A stretch of 63,864 nt of DNA, the filler included, from Caldilineae bacterium (GTDB lineage Bacteria; Chloroflexota; Anaerolineae; DTLA01), in assembly GCA_037446815.1 (NCBI GenBank). It is 5 parts of 5 records of this genome, joined end to end, with 100 filler letters (N's around TTAATTAATTAA, not from the genome) between each part and the next. Parts side by side here need not be neighbours in the genome. Positions count along the whole stretch, not along the records: positions 1 to 14,919 come from JBBIHX010000060.1; positions 15,020 to 29,749 come from JBBIHX010000062.1; 3 more parts are not named here. One strand, given 5' to 3'. Numbering within the stretch: position 1 is the stretch's first letter; each line of letters starts with the position of its first letter. Below, in pieces: positions 11,202 through 20,476 of the stretch. Under the pieces are notes generated by a model, which was given only the letters and a program-made list of their open reading frames with translations, was not told the origin of the DNA and did no database searches. The translations under genes and the position numbers were made by a program.

Positions 11202-12395
11202 CTACTTCCGCAGGCGCTTGCGGAGTTCCTCGGTCAACGCCGGCACGATTTGGAACAGGTCGCCCACGATGCCGTAGTTGGCCACCTTGAAGATGGGGGC
11301 CTCGGGGTCCTTGTTGATGGCCACGATGATCTTGGACGTGCCCATTCCGGCCAGGTGCTGGATGGCGCCCGAAATGCCGCAGGCGATGTACAGGTCGGGG
11401 CGGACGGTGCGGCCCGTCTGGCCCACCTGGTGCGCGTAGGGAATCCAGCCAGCGTCCACGGCCGCGCGCGAGGAGCCGACGGCCCCGCCCAGCACCTCGG
11501 CCAACTCGCGGAGCGGCTTGAACCCCTCCGGCCCGCGCACGCCGCGCCCGCCCGACACGATGATCTTGGCGTCGGCCAGGTTGACCTCGCCCTCCTCCAC
11601 GATGAAGTCCACCACCTTGGCCGCGATCTGGTCCTCGGTCATCACCGGCGGGACTTTCACGATTTGGCCCTGGCGGCTGGAATCCGGCTCGGGCATCTCA
11701 AACACGCGGTGGCGCACCGTCGCCATCTGCGGCCGGTAGTTGGGGCAGATGATGGTGGCCATGATGTTGCCGCCGAAGGCCGGGCGAGTCTGGCGCAGTA
11801 GTTTGGTCTCCGGGTCAATATCCAGCCCCGTGCAGTCTGCCGTGAGGCCGGTGTGGACTTCGGTCGCCACGGCGCCGGCCAAATCGCGGCCTCGGGCGCT
11901 GGCCCCCAGCAGGAAGATTTCCGGCTTGTACTGCCGCACCAGGTGCACCAGTTGCTTGGCGTAGGGCGCGGTGCGATACACGCCCAGCGACGGGTCGTCC
12001 ACCAGGAAGACGCGGTCTGCACCGTAGTAGATGGCCTGTTGCGCGATGCCGTCCACGTTGTGGCCTAGAACACAGGCGGTGAGGGTCGTGCCTAGGCTGT
12101 CGGCGATCTTGCGGCCCTGGCCCATCATCTCCCACGAGATGCTGCACGCCTCGCCTCGGAACTGCTCCACCCAGACCCAGACGCCCTGGTAGGCGCTGAT
12201 GTCTTCCTCGCCCCTGCCCCGCTCGGGGAGGCTGAGGGCTTCCACAGGGCAGACCTCCAGGCACGCGCCGCAGGCGGTGCACTTGTCGTCCACCGCGGCC
12301 TTGTCGTCCTCCATGCGGAGCGCGCCAAAGGGGCAGGCCGCCACGCAGGCCCCGCAGCCGATGCAGGTTTCGGTGTCAATGATCAAGAGTGCCAT
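11202..12395 (-). CDS. etfA: Electron transfer flavoprotein alpha subunit with N-terminal ferredoxin domain
   Basis: [53 protein letters not shown]. Confidence 0.93.
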   Translation of the reverse strand: MALLIIDTETCIGCGACVAACPFGALRMEDDKAAVDDKCTACGACLEVCPVEALSLPERGRGEEDISAYQGVWVWVEQFRGEACSISWEMMGQGRKIADSLGTTLTACVLGHNVDGIAQQAIYYGADRVFLVDDPSLGVYRTAPYAKQLVHLVRQYKPEIFLLGASARGRDLAGAVATEVHTGLTADCTGLDIDPETKLLRQTRPAFGGNIMATIICPNYRPQMATVRHRVFEMPEPDSSRQGQIVKVPPVMTEDQIAAKVVDFIVEEGEVNLADAKIIVSGGRGVRGPEGFKPLRELAEVLGGAVGSSRAAVDAGWIPYAHQVGQTGRTVRPDLYIACGISGAIQHLAGMGTSKIIVAINKDPEAPIFKVANYGIVGDLFQIVPALTEELRKRLRK

Positions 12396-12404
12396 GACAG
12401 CCTC

Positions 12405-13205
12405 CTATATCACTTTCTCTTGAAGCAGCAGGTCGGCCAGTTTCGCGGCCTGCTCCTGGGGCGATTCGCCCTCAATCATCACGATTTGCCCGCTGCGGGG
12501 CGGCGGATTGAACACGCGCACCACCTGGGTTGGCGAGCCTTTCAGCCCCAGCAGGTCCGGTTTGGCGTCGGGCAGGTCCGCTGCCGTCCAGACGGGGATT
12601 TCCGTGCGCGTGGCCCGCCGAATGCCCATGATGGTGGGGTAGCGTGGCTGGTTGATGTCCTTGACCACGGTGAGCAGGGCGGGCAGGCGCGTCTCCACGA
12701 CCTCGCGGCCCTCCTCCAGGAGCCGCTCCACGCGGATACGCTTGGCCTGGAAGTCAATCTCCTGAATCTTGAACACATACGTGAGTTGCTCAATGTCCAA
12801 CTGTCGGGCGATGCCTGGGCCAACCTGGCCAGTGTCTCCGTCAATGGCCTGCTTGCCGCAGAGGATCACGTCAAAATCGCCGATTTTGCGGATGGCATTG
12901 GCCAGCGTGTAAGCAGTGGCCCACGTGTCCGAACCTGCGAAGGCGCGGTCGCTGAGGAGAATCGCCTGGTCGGCGCCCATGGCGATGGCCTCTTTCAGCG
13001 CCTCCTTGGCCTGGGGCGGGCCCATGGAGATGACCGTAACCTTGCCCCCGAACTTCTCGCGCAGGCGCAGGGCCTCCTCAATGGCGTAGGTGTCAAAGGG
13101 GTTGACGATGCTCGGGACGCCCTCGCGGATGAGCGTCCCCGTCTCAGGGTTCACCTTCACGTCTGTGGTGTCGGGCACCTGTTTGATGCAGACAATGGCG
13201 TGCAC
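12405..13205 (-). CDS. etfB: Electron transfer flavoprotein beta subunit
   Basis: VCIKQVPD, NPFD, GKQAIDGDTGQVG, GSPT; GTG start with RBS AGGAGG. Confidence 0.93.
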   Translation of the reverse strand: MHAIVCIKQVPDTTDVKVNPETGTLIREGVPSIVNPFDTYAIEEALRLREKFGGKVTVISMGPPQAKEALKEAIAMGADQAILLSDRAFAGSDTWATAYTLANAIRKIGDFDVILCGKQAIDGDTGQVGPGIARQLDIEQLTYVFKIQEIDFQAKRIRVERLLEEGREVVETRLPALLTVVKDINQPRYPTIMGIRRATRTEIPVWTAADLPDAKPDLLGLKGSPTQVVRVFNPPPRSGQIVMIEGESPQEQAAKLADLLLQEKVI

Positions 13206-13250
13206 GCTGTCCCTCCTTTGCTGGGAATGAATGGGATGGGGTAGCCCAGA

Positions 13251-13320
13251 GCCATCAGCAATCAGCCTTCAGCCATCAGTGAATGCACGCTGAGGGCTGA
13301 ACGCTGAAGGCTGACCGCTC
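13251..13320. repeat. Inverted 7-nt periodic repeat (TCAGCnn)n...(GCTGAnn)n
   Basis: tcagcaa tcagcct tcagcca / gctgagg gctgaac gctgaag gctgacc; half copy near 8813-8847. Confidence 0.65.
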
Positions 13321-13321
13321 G

Positions 13322-14542
13322 CTATGCTTCTCTTTGCCACTCCTCGGGATCGTAGGCGGGCAGTTCGCACCGAAGCGGCTTATCGCTGCGGTATCCCAGG
13401 GCGTACTGGGCTTGCATGAGTTGCTGAATCTCCTTGGAGCCTTCGTAGATGACCGCGCCCTTGGAGTTGCGCAGGTACCGCTCCACGTCGTACTCATCGG
13501 AGTAGCCATAGGCCCCGTGGACTTCCACGGCGTCGTCGGCGCACTCAAACGACGATTGCGTCGCGAACCACTTGGCCAGGCCCGTTTCGCGCGTGCTGCG
13601 GATGCCCTGATTCTTGAGCCAGCCTGCGCGCAGGTACAGCAGGCGCGCCGCCTCGTATTTCAGCACCATGTTGGCGATCATCTGCTGGACGAGTTGGTGC
13701 TGGCCGATGGGGACGCCGAAGGTCTGGCGCTCGTTGGCGTACTTGACGGATGCCTCCAAGCAGGCGCGGATGAGGCCCGTTGCCCCCGCCGCCACCGTGT
13801 AGCGGCCGTTGTCCAGGCAGGACATGGCGATGCGGAACCCCTCGCCCTCCAGGCCCAGCATGTTCTCGGCGGGCACGGGGACGTCGGTCATGGAGATGAA
13901 GCCGGTGTTGCCTGCGCGGACGCCCAGTTTGCCGTGGATGGTGCCGGTCTCCAAGCCGGGCCAGCCGCGCTCCACGATGAACGCGGACATGCCCGTGTGG
14001 TCGCGCGCACGCTTCTTCTCCATGTCCGTCCAGGCGAAGATGAGGAAGTGGTCGGCCACGTCCGCCAGCGAAATCCACATCTTCTCGCCGTTCAGAATCC
14101 AGTGGCCGCCCTCGCGCCGCGCCGTGGACTGGATGCCGAGGACATCCGACCCCGCCGCCGGTTCCGTGAGGCCGTAGGTGGCGATCTTCTGGCCCATGGC
14201 CTGGGGAACGAGGTACTTCTGCTTCTGCTCTTCGGTACCCCATTGCAGGAGGCCCAGGCTGTTGAGGCCCACGTGGACTGACATAATGACCCGCGCCGAG
14301 GTGTCCACGCGCTCCAACTCCTCGCAGGTCAGGCCCAGCGAGATGTAGTCCATGCCCGCGCCGCCGTAGCGGACGGGGATGCAGATGCCGAGGATGCCTT
14401 GGGCAGCCATCTTGGGCAGGATGCTGCGGTCAAAGGTGTGCTTGCGGTCGTTCTCCTTCACGGTGGGGGCGATCTCGCGTTCGGCGAATTCGCGCACCAT
14501 CTTCTGTACCATCAGGTGCTCTTCCGACAGGGTAAAATCCAT
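13322..14542 (-). CDS. Acyl-CoA dehydrogenase
   Basis: [44 protein letters not shown] before MDFTLSEE. Confidence 0.93.
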   Translation of the reverse strand: MDFTLSEEHLMVQKMVREFAEREIAPTVKENDRKHTFDRSILPKMAAQGILGICIPVRYGGAGMDYISLGLTCEELERVDTSARVIMSVHVGLNSLGLLQWGTEEQKQKYLVPQAMGQKIATYGLTEPAAGSDVLGIQSTARREGGHWILNGEKMWISLADVADHFLIFAWTDMEKKRARDHTGMSAFIVERGWPGLETGTIHGKLGVRAGNTGFISMTDVPVPAENMLGLEGEGFRIAMSCLDNGRYTVAAGATGLIRACLEASVKYANERQTFGVPIGQHQLVQQMIANMVLKYEAARLLYLRAGWLKNQGIRSTRETGLAKWFATQSSFECADDAVEVHGAYGYSDEYDVERYLRNSKGAVIYEGSKEIQQLMQAQYALGYRSDKPLRCELPAYDPEEWQREA

Positions 14543-14712
14543 CAAGCGCCTCCTCGTTCCGGCGAGCCCGTGCGGCGGAAACAGACAAGGGCGAGGCATT
14601 TGTAGCAGCAGGCGGGGGAACATGCTGCGCCTGCCGACAACTGCTTCGCCCGTATGGGATTGCGCCCTTGCACGTCCGAGACCTCCGTGGGCTCTGGCCT
14701 GTTGTTGGGCTC

Positions 14713-14741
14713 ATTATATCACGGCGCGCAAAATGAAACAA
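14713..14741 (-). promoter_or_regulatory. Probable promoter of the acyl-CoA dehydrogenase-etf operon
   Basis: TTGTTT-17-TATAAT with extended TG. Confidence 0.6.
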
Positions 14742-14756
14742 GTGGGCGCGGGGCAG

Positions 14757-14906
14757 GACTCGGTTCCATCTTGTGTTGGTGAACCGTAGGCGCACTCTCC
14801 TCGTGTGTCATTGCGAGCGGAGCGAAGCAATCCCACGCCCCGGAGATTGCTTCGGGCACTGCGTGCCCTCGCAATGACAGCCACCCGCAGACGCTGGAAC
14901 CGAATG
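14757..14906. mobile_element. 150-bp MITE copy
   Basis: TIRs gactcggttcca.../...tggaaccgaatg; 8-bp flanks cggggcag / cggggcgc. Confidence 0.85.
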
Positions 14907-14919
14907 CGGGGCGCCATCG

Positions 14920-15019
14920 NNNNNNNNNNNNNNNNNNNNNNNNNNNNNNNNNNNNNNNNNNNNTTAATTAATTAANNNNNNNNNNNNNNNNNNNNNNNNN
15001 NNNNNNNNNNNNNNNNNNN
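14920..15019. other. Artificial scaffold linker (N44-TTAATTAATTAA-N44)
   Basis: Six-frame stop linker inside N run. Confidence 0.95.
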
Positions 15020-15370
15020 CGGCAATGACGTGCGACGCACTTTCGGAAGTGCGTCGCACGTTGCCCCTCACCCCGCCCTCTCCCGCCCCGGCGGGCGAGG
15101 GAGCGTAGCCCTCACCCCAGCCCTCTCCTGCCCCAGCGGGCGCGGGGGCACTTGTGTCATTCCGAGCGGCGAAGCCGCGAGGAATCTCGCCCCAGCCCCT
15201 CCCGCTGGGGCGGCGAGGGGGCGTCGTCCCTCACCCCATATCTCTCCCAGCGGGCGAGGGAGCGGGGCTCTGTCATTCCTGAAGCGCGAAGCGCCGAGGA
15301 ACCTCGTGGGGCAAATTGTCAATTTGCCCCACTCTGCCCAATCCGTGCAATCCGTGTTATCCGTGGATAC
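15020..15370. repeat. Dense mosaic of at least five palindromic repeat families
   Basis: acgtgcgacgcac...gtgcgtcgcacgt; three ccctcacccc units; two tgtcattcc...gaggaa units; gtggggcaaattgtcaatttgccccac; atccgtgcaatccgtgttatccgtggat. Confidence 0.8.
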
Positions 15371-15539
15371 GGCCCTGGCGGCTGCTGGCGGATGTTGAGG
15401 CCGAGTCCCGCACGCTCCCTCGGTGGCCGAAAACCCGGCCTGCGAGTATAATAGCCTGGGCGCGGGAACCCTGCCCCAAGCCGGCGCGTCAGGATGATGG
15501 AGGCCCGCGCACGTTGCGCATGGGCCGGCGCGATGGGAG

Positions 15540-17570
15540 GTGAGGACGGTGTTTCGCAGGGGTGTGGCCGGGTTCGTGATGGGGACGGCGCTTGCGCTGG
15601 CGCTTGTGCTTGCGCCGGTGCCCCTTCGCGCCGCCGACGGGGGCTGGCAGGCGCAGTATTGGAGCAACCGCTACCTGTCGGGCGCGCCGTCGCTTGTGCG
15701 TGCCGAGAACGCCGTGAGTTTTGAGTGGGGGTTCGGCTCGCCCGGCGCCGGAATCCCCGCGGACAACTGGTCGGCGCGGTGGACTAGGTCGGCGACGTTC
15801 GCCGCAGGCTGGTATCGGTTTCGCACCTTCACCGACGACGGCGTCCGTGTCTGGGTGGACGGCAAGGCGGTCATTGACCAGTGGTTTGACATGCCCGGCG
15901 TGGCCAACACAGGCGACATCTACCTGACCGCCGGCGCGCATACGATCACGATGGAGTACTACGAGCACACCGGCTGGGCGCGCGCCTATCTCTCCTGGAC
16001 GCGCTTCTCGGGCGAGCCCGAATACACGGGATGGAAGGGCGAGTACTTCAGAAACCGCAACCTCTCGGGCGATCCCGCCTTCATCCGCGATGACCCCAAG
16101 GTGGAGTTTGATTGGGGCTGGGGAGACATGTACCCTGGCGTTGGCCTCGGGACGGACGACTTCTCCGTGCGGTGGACGCGGCGCATGCGGTTTGACGCCG
16201 GCTACTGGCGGTTCACGGCCACCGTCAGCGACGGCATCCGCATCTACGTGGACGGCCACAAGGTGGTGGATTCGTGGCGGGAGCAGGAGACAACGTCCGT
16301 CAGCGGCGATGTCTTCCTCACGGCGGGCGAGCATGAGGTCAAGGTGGAGTACTTTGAGGGCCGAGGGCGCGCCATCGTGCGGGTGGACTGGGAGCGGGTG
16401 TCGGCCCCGCCGCAGCCTTCGCCCACGCCCGCGTACACCCACTGGAAGGGCGAGTACTTCGCCAATCGGTACTTGTCGGGCTTGCCGGCCCTCGTGCGCA
16501 ACGATGCGGACGTTCGCTTCAACTGGGGGCTTGGCTCCCCCGCGGCCGGCATCCCCGACGATGGATTCTCGGCCCGATGGACGCGCGCCCTCTCGTTCGC
16601 GGCGGGCACGTACCGCTTCTACGTCCGTTCCGACGACGGCGCGCGCCTTTGGGTGGATGGGCAACTGGTGGTTGACCGCTGGCACGATCAGGCGGCCACA
16701 ACGCACTATGGCGACATCGCCTTGAGCGCGGGTTTGCACGCCATCCGCCTGGAGTACTACGAGAACGCGGGTTTCGCCGAGGTATCACTCTGGTGGGAGC
16801 CTGTGGCCGTGGGCGGCGGCTGGCAGGCGGAGTACTACAGCAACACGGCGCTATCGGGCGCGCCCGCGTGGAGCACGTCGGTGTCGGAGGTTCGGTTTGA
16901 CTGGGGCGATGGCAGCCCTGGGCCGGGCGTGGCCGCCGACCGATTCTCGGCGCGATTCACGCTGTCGGCCCAATTCGCCGCCGGCCTCTACACGTTCCGC
17001 ATGCGGTCCGACGACGGGGTTCGCCTGTGGGTAGACGAGCAACCGGTTTTGGATCGCTGGGTGGTGCGCTCCGCGACCGATGATGAAGTGGCGCTGTATC
17101 TCTCCGCGGGCGAGCACCGCATCCGACTGGAGTACTTTGAGGATGTCGGCCTGGCCGAATTGCGCCTGTCGTGGGAGAAGCGCGAGGATGCGGCCATCAC
17201 CGCGTGGAAGGGCGAGTATTTCGCCAACCCCTGGCTCATCGGCTACCCGACCGTTACGCGGCAGGAGGCCGCTGTGGATTTCAACTGGGGCACCGCCTCG
17301 CCCGCGCCTGGCATCCCCGCCGACAACTTCTCGGCGCGTTGGACGCGTACGCTGGTGCTGCCCGCCGCGCGGACACTGACCTTCTCGCTGCGCACGGACG
17401 ACGGCGCACGCCTGTGGGTGGATGGGGTGCTGCTCCTAGACCGCTGGTATGACCAAGTAGCCACGACGACGCACACCGCCCAGGTTGCGCTCCCCGCAGG
17501 CGCGCACACCATTGTGCTGGAATACTACGAGCACGGCGGCCTTGCGTCGGTGTGGCTGAGTTGGCCGTAG
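15540..17570 (+). CDS. Secreted protein of five tandem PA14-type domains
   Basis: Signal peptide; five repeats of W(Q/K)(A/G)(Q/E)Y..N..L.G.P ... FS.RW ... DDG.R.WVDG ... EYYE. Confidence 0.85.
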   Translation: MRTVFRRGVAGFVMGTALALALVLAPVPLRAADGGWQAQYWSNRYLSGAPSLVRAENAVSFEWGFGSPGAGIPADNWSARWTRSATFAAGWYRFRTFTDDGVRVWVDGKAVIDQWFDMPGVANTGDIYLTAGAHTITMEYYEHTGWARAYLSWTRFSGEPEYTGWKGEYFRNRNLSGDPAFIRDDPKVEFDWGWGDMYPGVGLGTDDFSVRWTRRMRFDAGYWRFTATVSDGIRIYVDGHKVVDSWREQETTSVSGDVFLTAGEHEVKVEYFEGRGRAIVRVDWERVSAPPQPSPTPAYTHWKGEYFANRYLSGLPALVRNDADVRFNWGLGSPAAGIPDDGFSARWTRALSFAAGTYRFYVRSDDGARLWVDGQLVVDRWHDQAATTHYGDIALSAGLHAIRLEYYENAGFAEVSLWWEPVAVGGGWQAEYYSNTALSGAPAWSTSVSEVRFDWGDGSPGPGVAADRFSARFTLSAQFAAGLYTFRMRSDDGVRLWVDEQPVLDRWVVRSATDDEVALYLSAGEHRIRLEYFEDVGLAELRLSWEKREDAAITAWKGEYFANPWLIGYPTVTRQEAAVDFNWGTASPAPGIPADNFSARWTRTLVLPAARTLTFSLRTDDGARLWVDGVLLLDRWYDQVATTTHTAQVALPAGAHTIVLEYYEHGGLASVWLSWP

Positions 17571-17573
17571 CGG

Positions 17574-20063
17574 CTAGGCGCCAGCGGGCGCGGCGATTTC
17601 GCATACGGTGAACGCGCCCGCCGCAACGCGGGCCACGCCGTCCTCCCACGCGCACTCCGCCGCCCGGCCGTCCACGCGCACCGTCGGGCAAGCGCCCAGC
17701 CCGTGGATGATGACCTCCACGCCGGAATAAGGCGGCTGGAACGCGCCCTCACGATGCCAGCGGAGGGTCCAGCCTTGCTCCGTCGGCTCCAGGGCGAAAC
17801 GGCTCAATCGGAAGACGCCGTCCTTGTGTGCCCATCCCTCGCCCTCGTCCTCGTACAGCAGGCTCTCGCCGACGCCCGGGAAGACGTGCAGCGTCAGCGG
17901 GTCAGGCGGCCGCTCGCCCACGTACTGCATCACGGGCCCGTTGGGGATGACGCTGCCCGCGCGGGCCAACAGCGGCAAGTGGCCCAGCGGCGCGTCTACC
18001 TCCACCGTCGCAGGTCCCTCGTGCGGCCGCCCGCTCCAGAAATCGTACCACCGACCAACGGGCAAGTACACGCGGCGCCGCGTCGCGCCTTCTTCCAACA
18101 CGGGCGCCACCAGCAGCGCATCGCCGAACAGGAACTCATCCTCCAAGCGGTGGGTGGCGGGGTCGTGCGGAAAGGCCAGGAACAGGGGGCGCATCATGGG
18201 CAAGCCCGTCTGGCTGCACTGCCAGAAGGCGGTGTAGATGTATGGGAGCATCTGATAGCGCAGTTCTATGGCCGCGCGATTCAGGCTCTCGTAGGGTTCG
18301 CCGTGCACCCAAGGCTCCTGATCCTTTGTCCAGACGGCGGTGTGATTGCGGAAGAACGGCGTGAAGACGCTCAACTGGTTCCAACGCACCAGGAGTTCGG
18401 GCGACGGGCTTCCGTTGAACCCGCCGGTGTCGGGGCCGGTGAACGCCACGCCCGACAGGCCCAACGTCAGCACCATGGGAATCACGTTGGCCATGGACGG
18501 CCAGTCGGAGCGGTTGTCGCCGGTCCAGTGGCTGCCGTAGCGTTGCAGGCCCGCCCAGCCCGACCGCGAGATGACCAGCGTGCGGCGCTCCGGCCGCAGG
18601 CGACGCAGGCCCTCGCACGAGCCGCGCACCATGAGCATCCCGTACACGTTGTGCGCCTGGCGGAAGTCCGCGCCCTGCCCCTCCCAGTCAAATCGCACGC
18701 AGTCGGGCATGGTCTCCGGCCCTGCGCCGAAGATGGCCGGCTCGTTCATGTCGTTCCAGAACCCGTCCAGGCCCACGTCCAGCAGCGCCTTGTACTGCTC
18801 GCCCCACCAGGCCCGCGCGTCGGGCTTGGAGAAATCGGGGAAGTAGCACAGCCCAGGCCAGACCGGCCCGTTGAACAGCGTCCCATCGGGATACTTGCAG
18901 AACACGTCGCGCGCCAGCCCCGAGCGGCAGACCGGATACTTGCGGTCGGCCTTGATGCCCGGATCCACCATGCCCACGACCTTGAACCCGCGCTCGTGCA
19001 GGTGGCGCACCAGGCCCGGCGGGTCGGGGAAGCGCTGCGGGTGCCACGTGAAGCAGCGGTAGCCGTCCATGTAGTGGATGTCCAGGTGGATGGCGTCGCA
19101 GGGGATGCGGCGGGCGCGGAACTCGCGGGCGATTTCGCGGACGCGGGCGTCGGGGTAGTAACTCCAGCGGTTCTGATGGTAGCCCAGCGCCCACAGCGGC
19201 GGCAAGTCCATGCGGCCGGTCAGGTCCGTGTACTGGCGCAGCACGTCGGCGGGGGCCGGCCCGGCGAAGAAGTAGTAGCGCAGTTCGCCGCCATCGGCCT
19301 CCAGCCGCAGCGTATGGGGATCGGCGGCGCCCACGTCGGCGATGGCGCGGTACGAGTTGTCAAAGAGCACGCCCCAGGCGCGGCCTTCGCGTAGCACCAT
19401 GTAGAACGGGATGCTCATGTACAGCGGGTCGTCGCCCGGGCCGTAGCCGTTGCAATCAAAGTTGTACAGTTCCACGCGCAGGCCGCGCTTGTCCAGCGGC
19501 AGGGCCTTCTCGCCGAAGCCGTACACGTGCGCGTCGGCGGGCAAGGCGCGGGCCAGCGCCACCCGCTCGCCCGCCCACGACATGGGCGCGGCGTCGGCGT
19601 CCAGGGCACGGCCGTCGGGGGTCAGGAAGCGAATGCGGGCATCGCCCTTGCCGACTTCCACGCGCAGCGCGGCGGTACGCAGCACGATGGCGTCGGGGGT
19701 CTCCTCCGCCGAGACTTCGCACGCGGGCCACGCCGCATCGTCGCGGGCCAGCGCGTAGGAGAACGGCGGGGGAAACCGCCGGTCGGGCCGCAGCCGCACG
19801 CGCACGATGTCCGGCGATAGGGCCGCGACCTGCACGTCTGCCCGCTCGCACGACAGGGTGAGCGCGGCGCCGTCCGTCCGCCACCCGCGCACCGCGCCCG
19901 GCGACGCCCAGGGGAGAGCGGCCTGTGGCCTGGCGGCGTGACGGCGGCATCCCCACCACTTGCGGAGCGGGTAGACGGCGGCCTGCAGGACGACGCCTGC
20001 GCCCAGGGTCTTGACGGAGCGCAGAAGTCGCGCAACGGGGAGTTCGCGCTGGGATTCGGACAT
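17574..20063 (-). CDS. GH31 alpha-glucosidase
   Basis: WALGYHQNRWSY, LDIHYMD, FWNDMNEP nucleophile, WTGDN, FFRNH; RBS AGGAGG. Confidence 0.92.
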   Translation of the reverse strand: MSESQRELPVARLLRSVKTLGAGVVLQAAVYPLRKWWGCRRHAARPQAALPWASPGAVRGWRTDGAALTLSCERADVQVAALSPDIVRVRLRPDRRFPPPFSYALARDDAAWPACEVSAEETPDAIVLRTAALRVEVGKGDARIRFLTPDGRALDADAAPMSWAGERVALARALPADAHVYGFGEKALPLDKRGLRVELYNFDCNGYGPGDDPLYMSIPFYMVLREGRAWGVLFDNSYRAIADVGAADPHTLRLEADGGELRYYFFAGPAPADVLRQYTDLTGRMDLPPLWALGYHQNRWSYYPDARVREIAREFRARRIPCDAIHLDIHYMDGYRCFTWHPQRFPDPPGLVRHLHERGFKVVGMVDPGIKADRKYPVCRSGLARDVFCKYPDGTLFNGPVWPGLCYFPDFSKPDARAWWGEQYKALLDVGLDGFWNDMNEPAIFGAGPETMPDCVRFDWEGQGADFRQAHNVYGMLMVRGSCEGLRRLRPERRTLVISRSGWAGLQRYGSHWTGDNRSDWPSMANVIPMVLTLGLSGVAFTGPDTGGFNGSPSPELLVRWNQLSVFTPFFRNHTAVWTKDQEPWVHGEPYESLNRAAIELRYQMLPYIYTAFWQCSQTGLPMMRPLFLAFPHDPATHRLEDEFLFGDALLVAPVLEEGATRRRVYLPVGRWYDFWSGRPHEGPATVEVDAPLGHLPLLARAGSVIPNGPVMQYVGERPPDPLTLHVFPGVGESLLYEDEGEGWAHKDGVFRLSRFALEPTEQGWTLRWHREGAFQPPYSGVEVIIHGLGACPTVRVDGRAAECAWEDGVARVAAGAFTVCEIAAPAGA

Positions 20064-20140
20064 GGCATCCCTCCTGTACGGGCGGTCTCGCGGGGATAAT
20101 ACCACGGCGCGGGCGCGCGGGGCAAACCGGGGGCAGACGT

Positions 20141-20290
20141 CATTCGGTTCCAAAGTCTGTTGGTAGCCGTCATTGCGAGGGCACGCAGTGCCCGAAGCAA
20201 TCTCCGGGGCGTGGGATTGCTTCGCTTCGCTCGCAATGACACACGAGGAGAGTGCGCATGCGTTTCACCAACACACGATGAAACCGAATC
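20141..20290. mobile_element. 150-bp MITE copy
   Basis: cattcggttccaaagtctgttggt...accaacacacgatgaaaccgaatc; flanks gcagacgt / gccgacgg. Confidence 0.85.
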
Positions 20291-20312
20291 GCCGACGGTC
20301 ATTGCAAGCGAA

Positions 20313-20473
20313 GCGATTCCGTGAGACCTTATCCGCGAATAACACGAATCTACACGAAATAGAGACACCGCAGAGGCGGAGAGGGCGCAGAGTTTTAACC
20401 CATTCTCCGCGGTCTCTGCATCTCCACGGTGCGGGAGAGGCGATTTCGTGAGACCTTATTCACGAACAACACG
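20313..20473. repeat. 34-bp direct repeats flanking CACGAAT-type and CGCAGAG-type repeats
   Basis: gcgattccgtgagaccttatccgcgaataacacg versus gcgatttcgtgagaccttattcacgaacaacacg. Confidence 0.65.
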
Positions 20474-20476
20474 CGC

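Noticed and set aside
14964..14975. TTAATTAATTAA recurring every ~14.7 kb as a biological motif
   Set aside because: Always centred in 100-nt N blocks; it is a six-frame stop linker.
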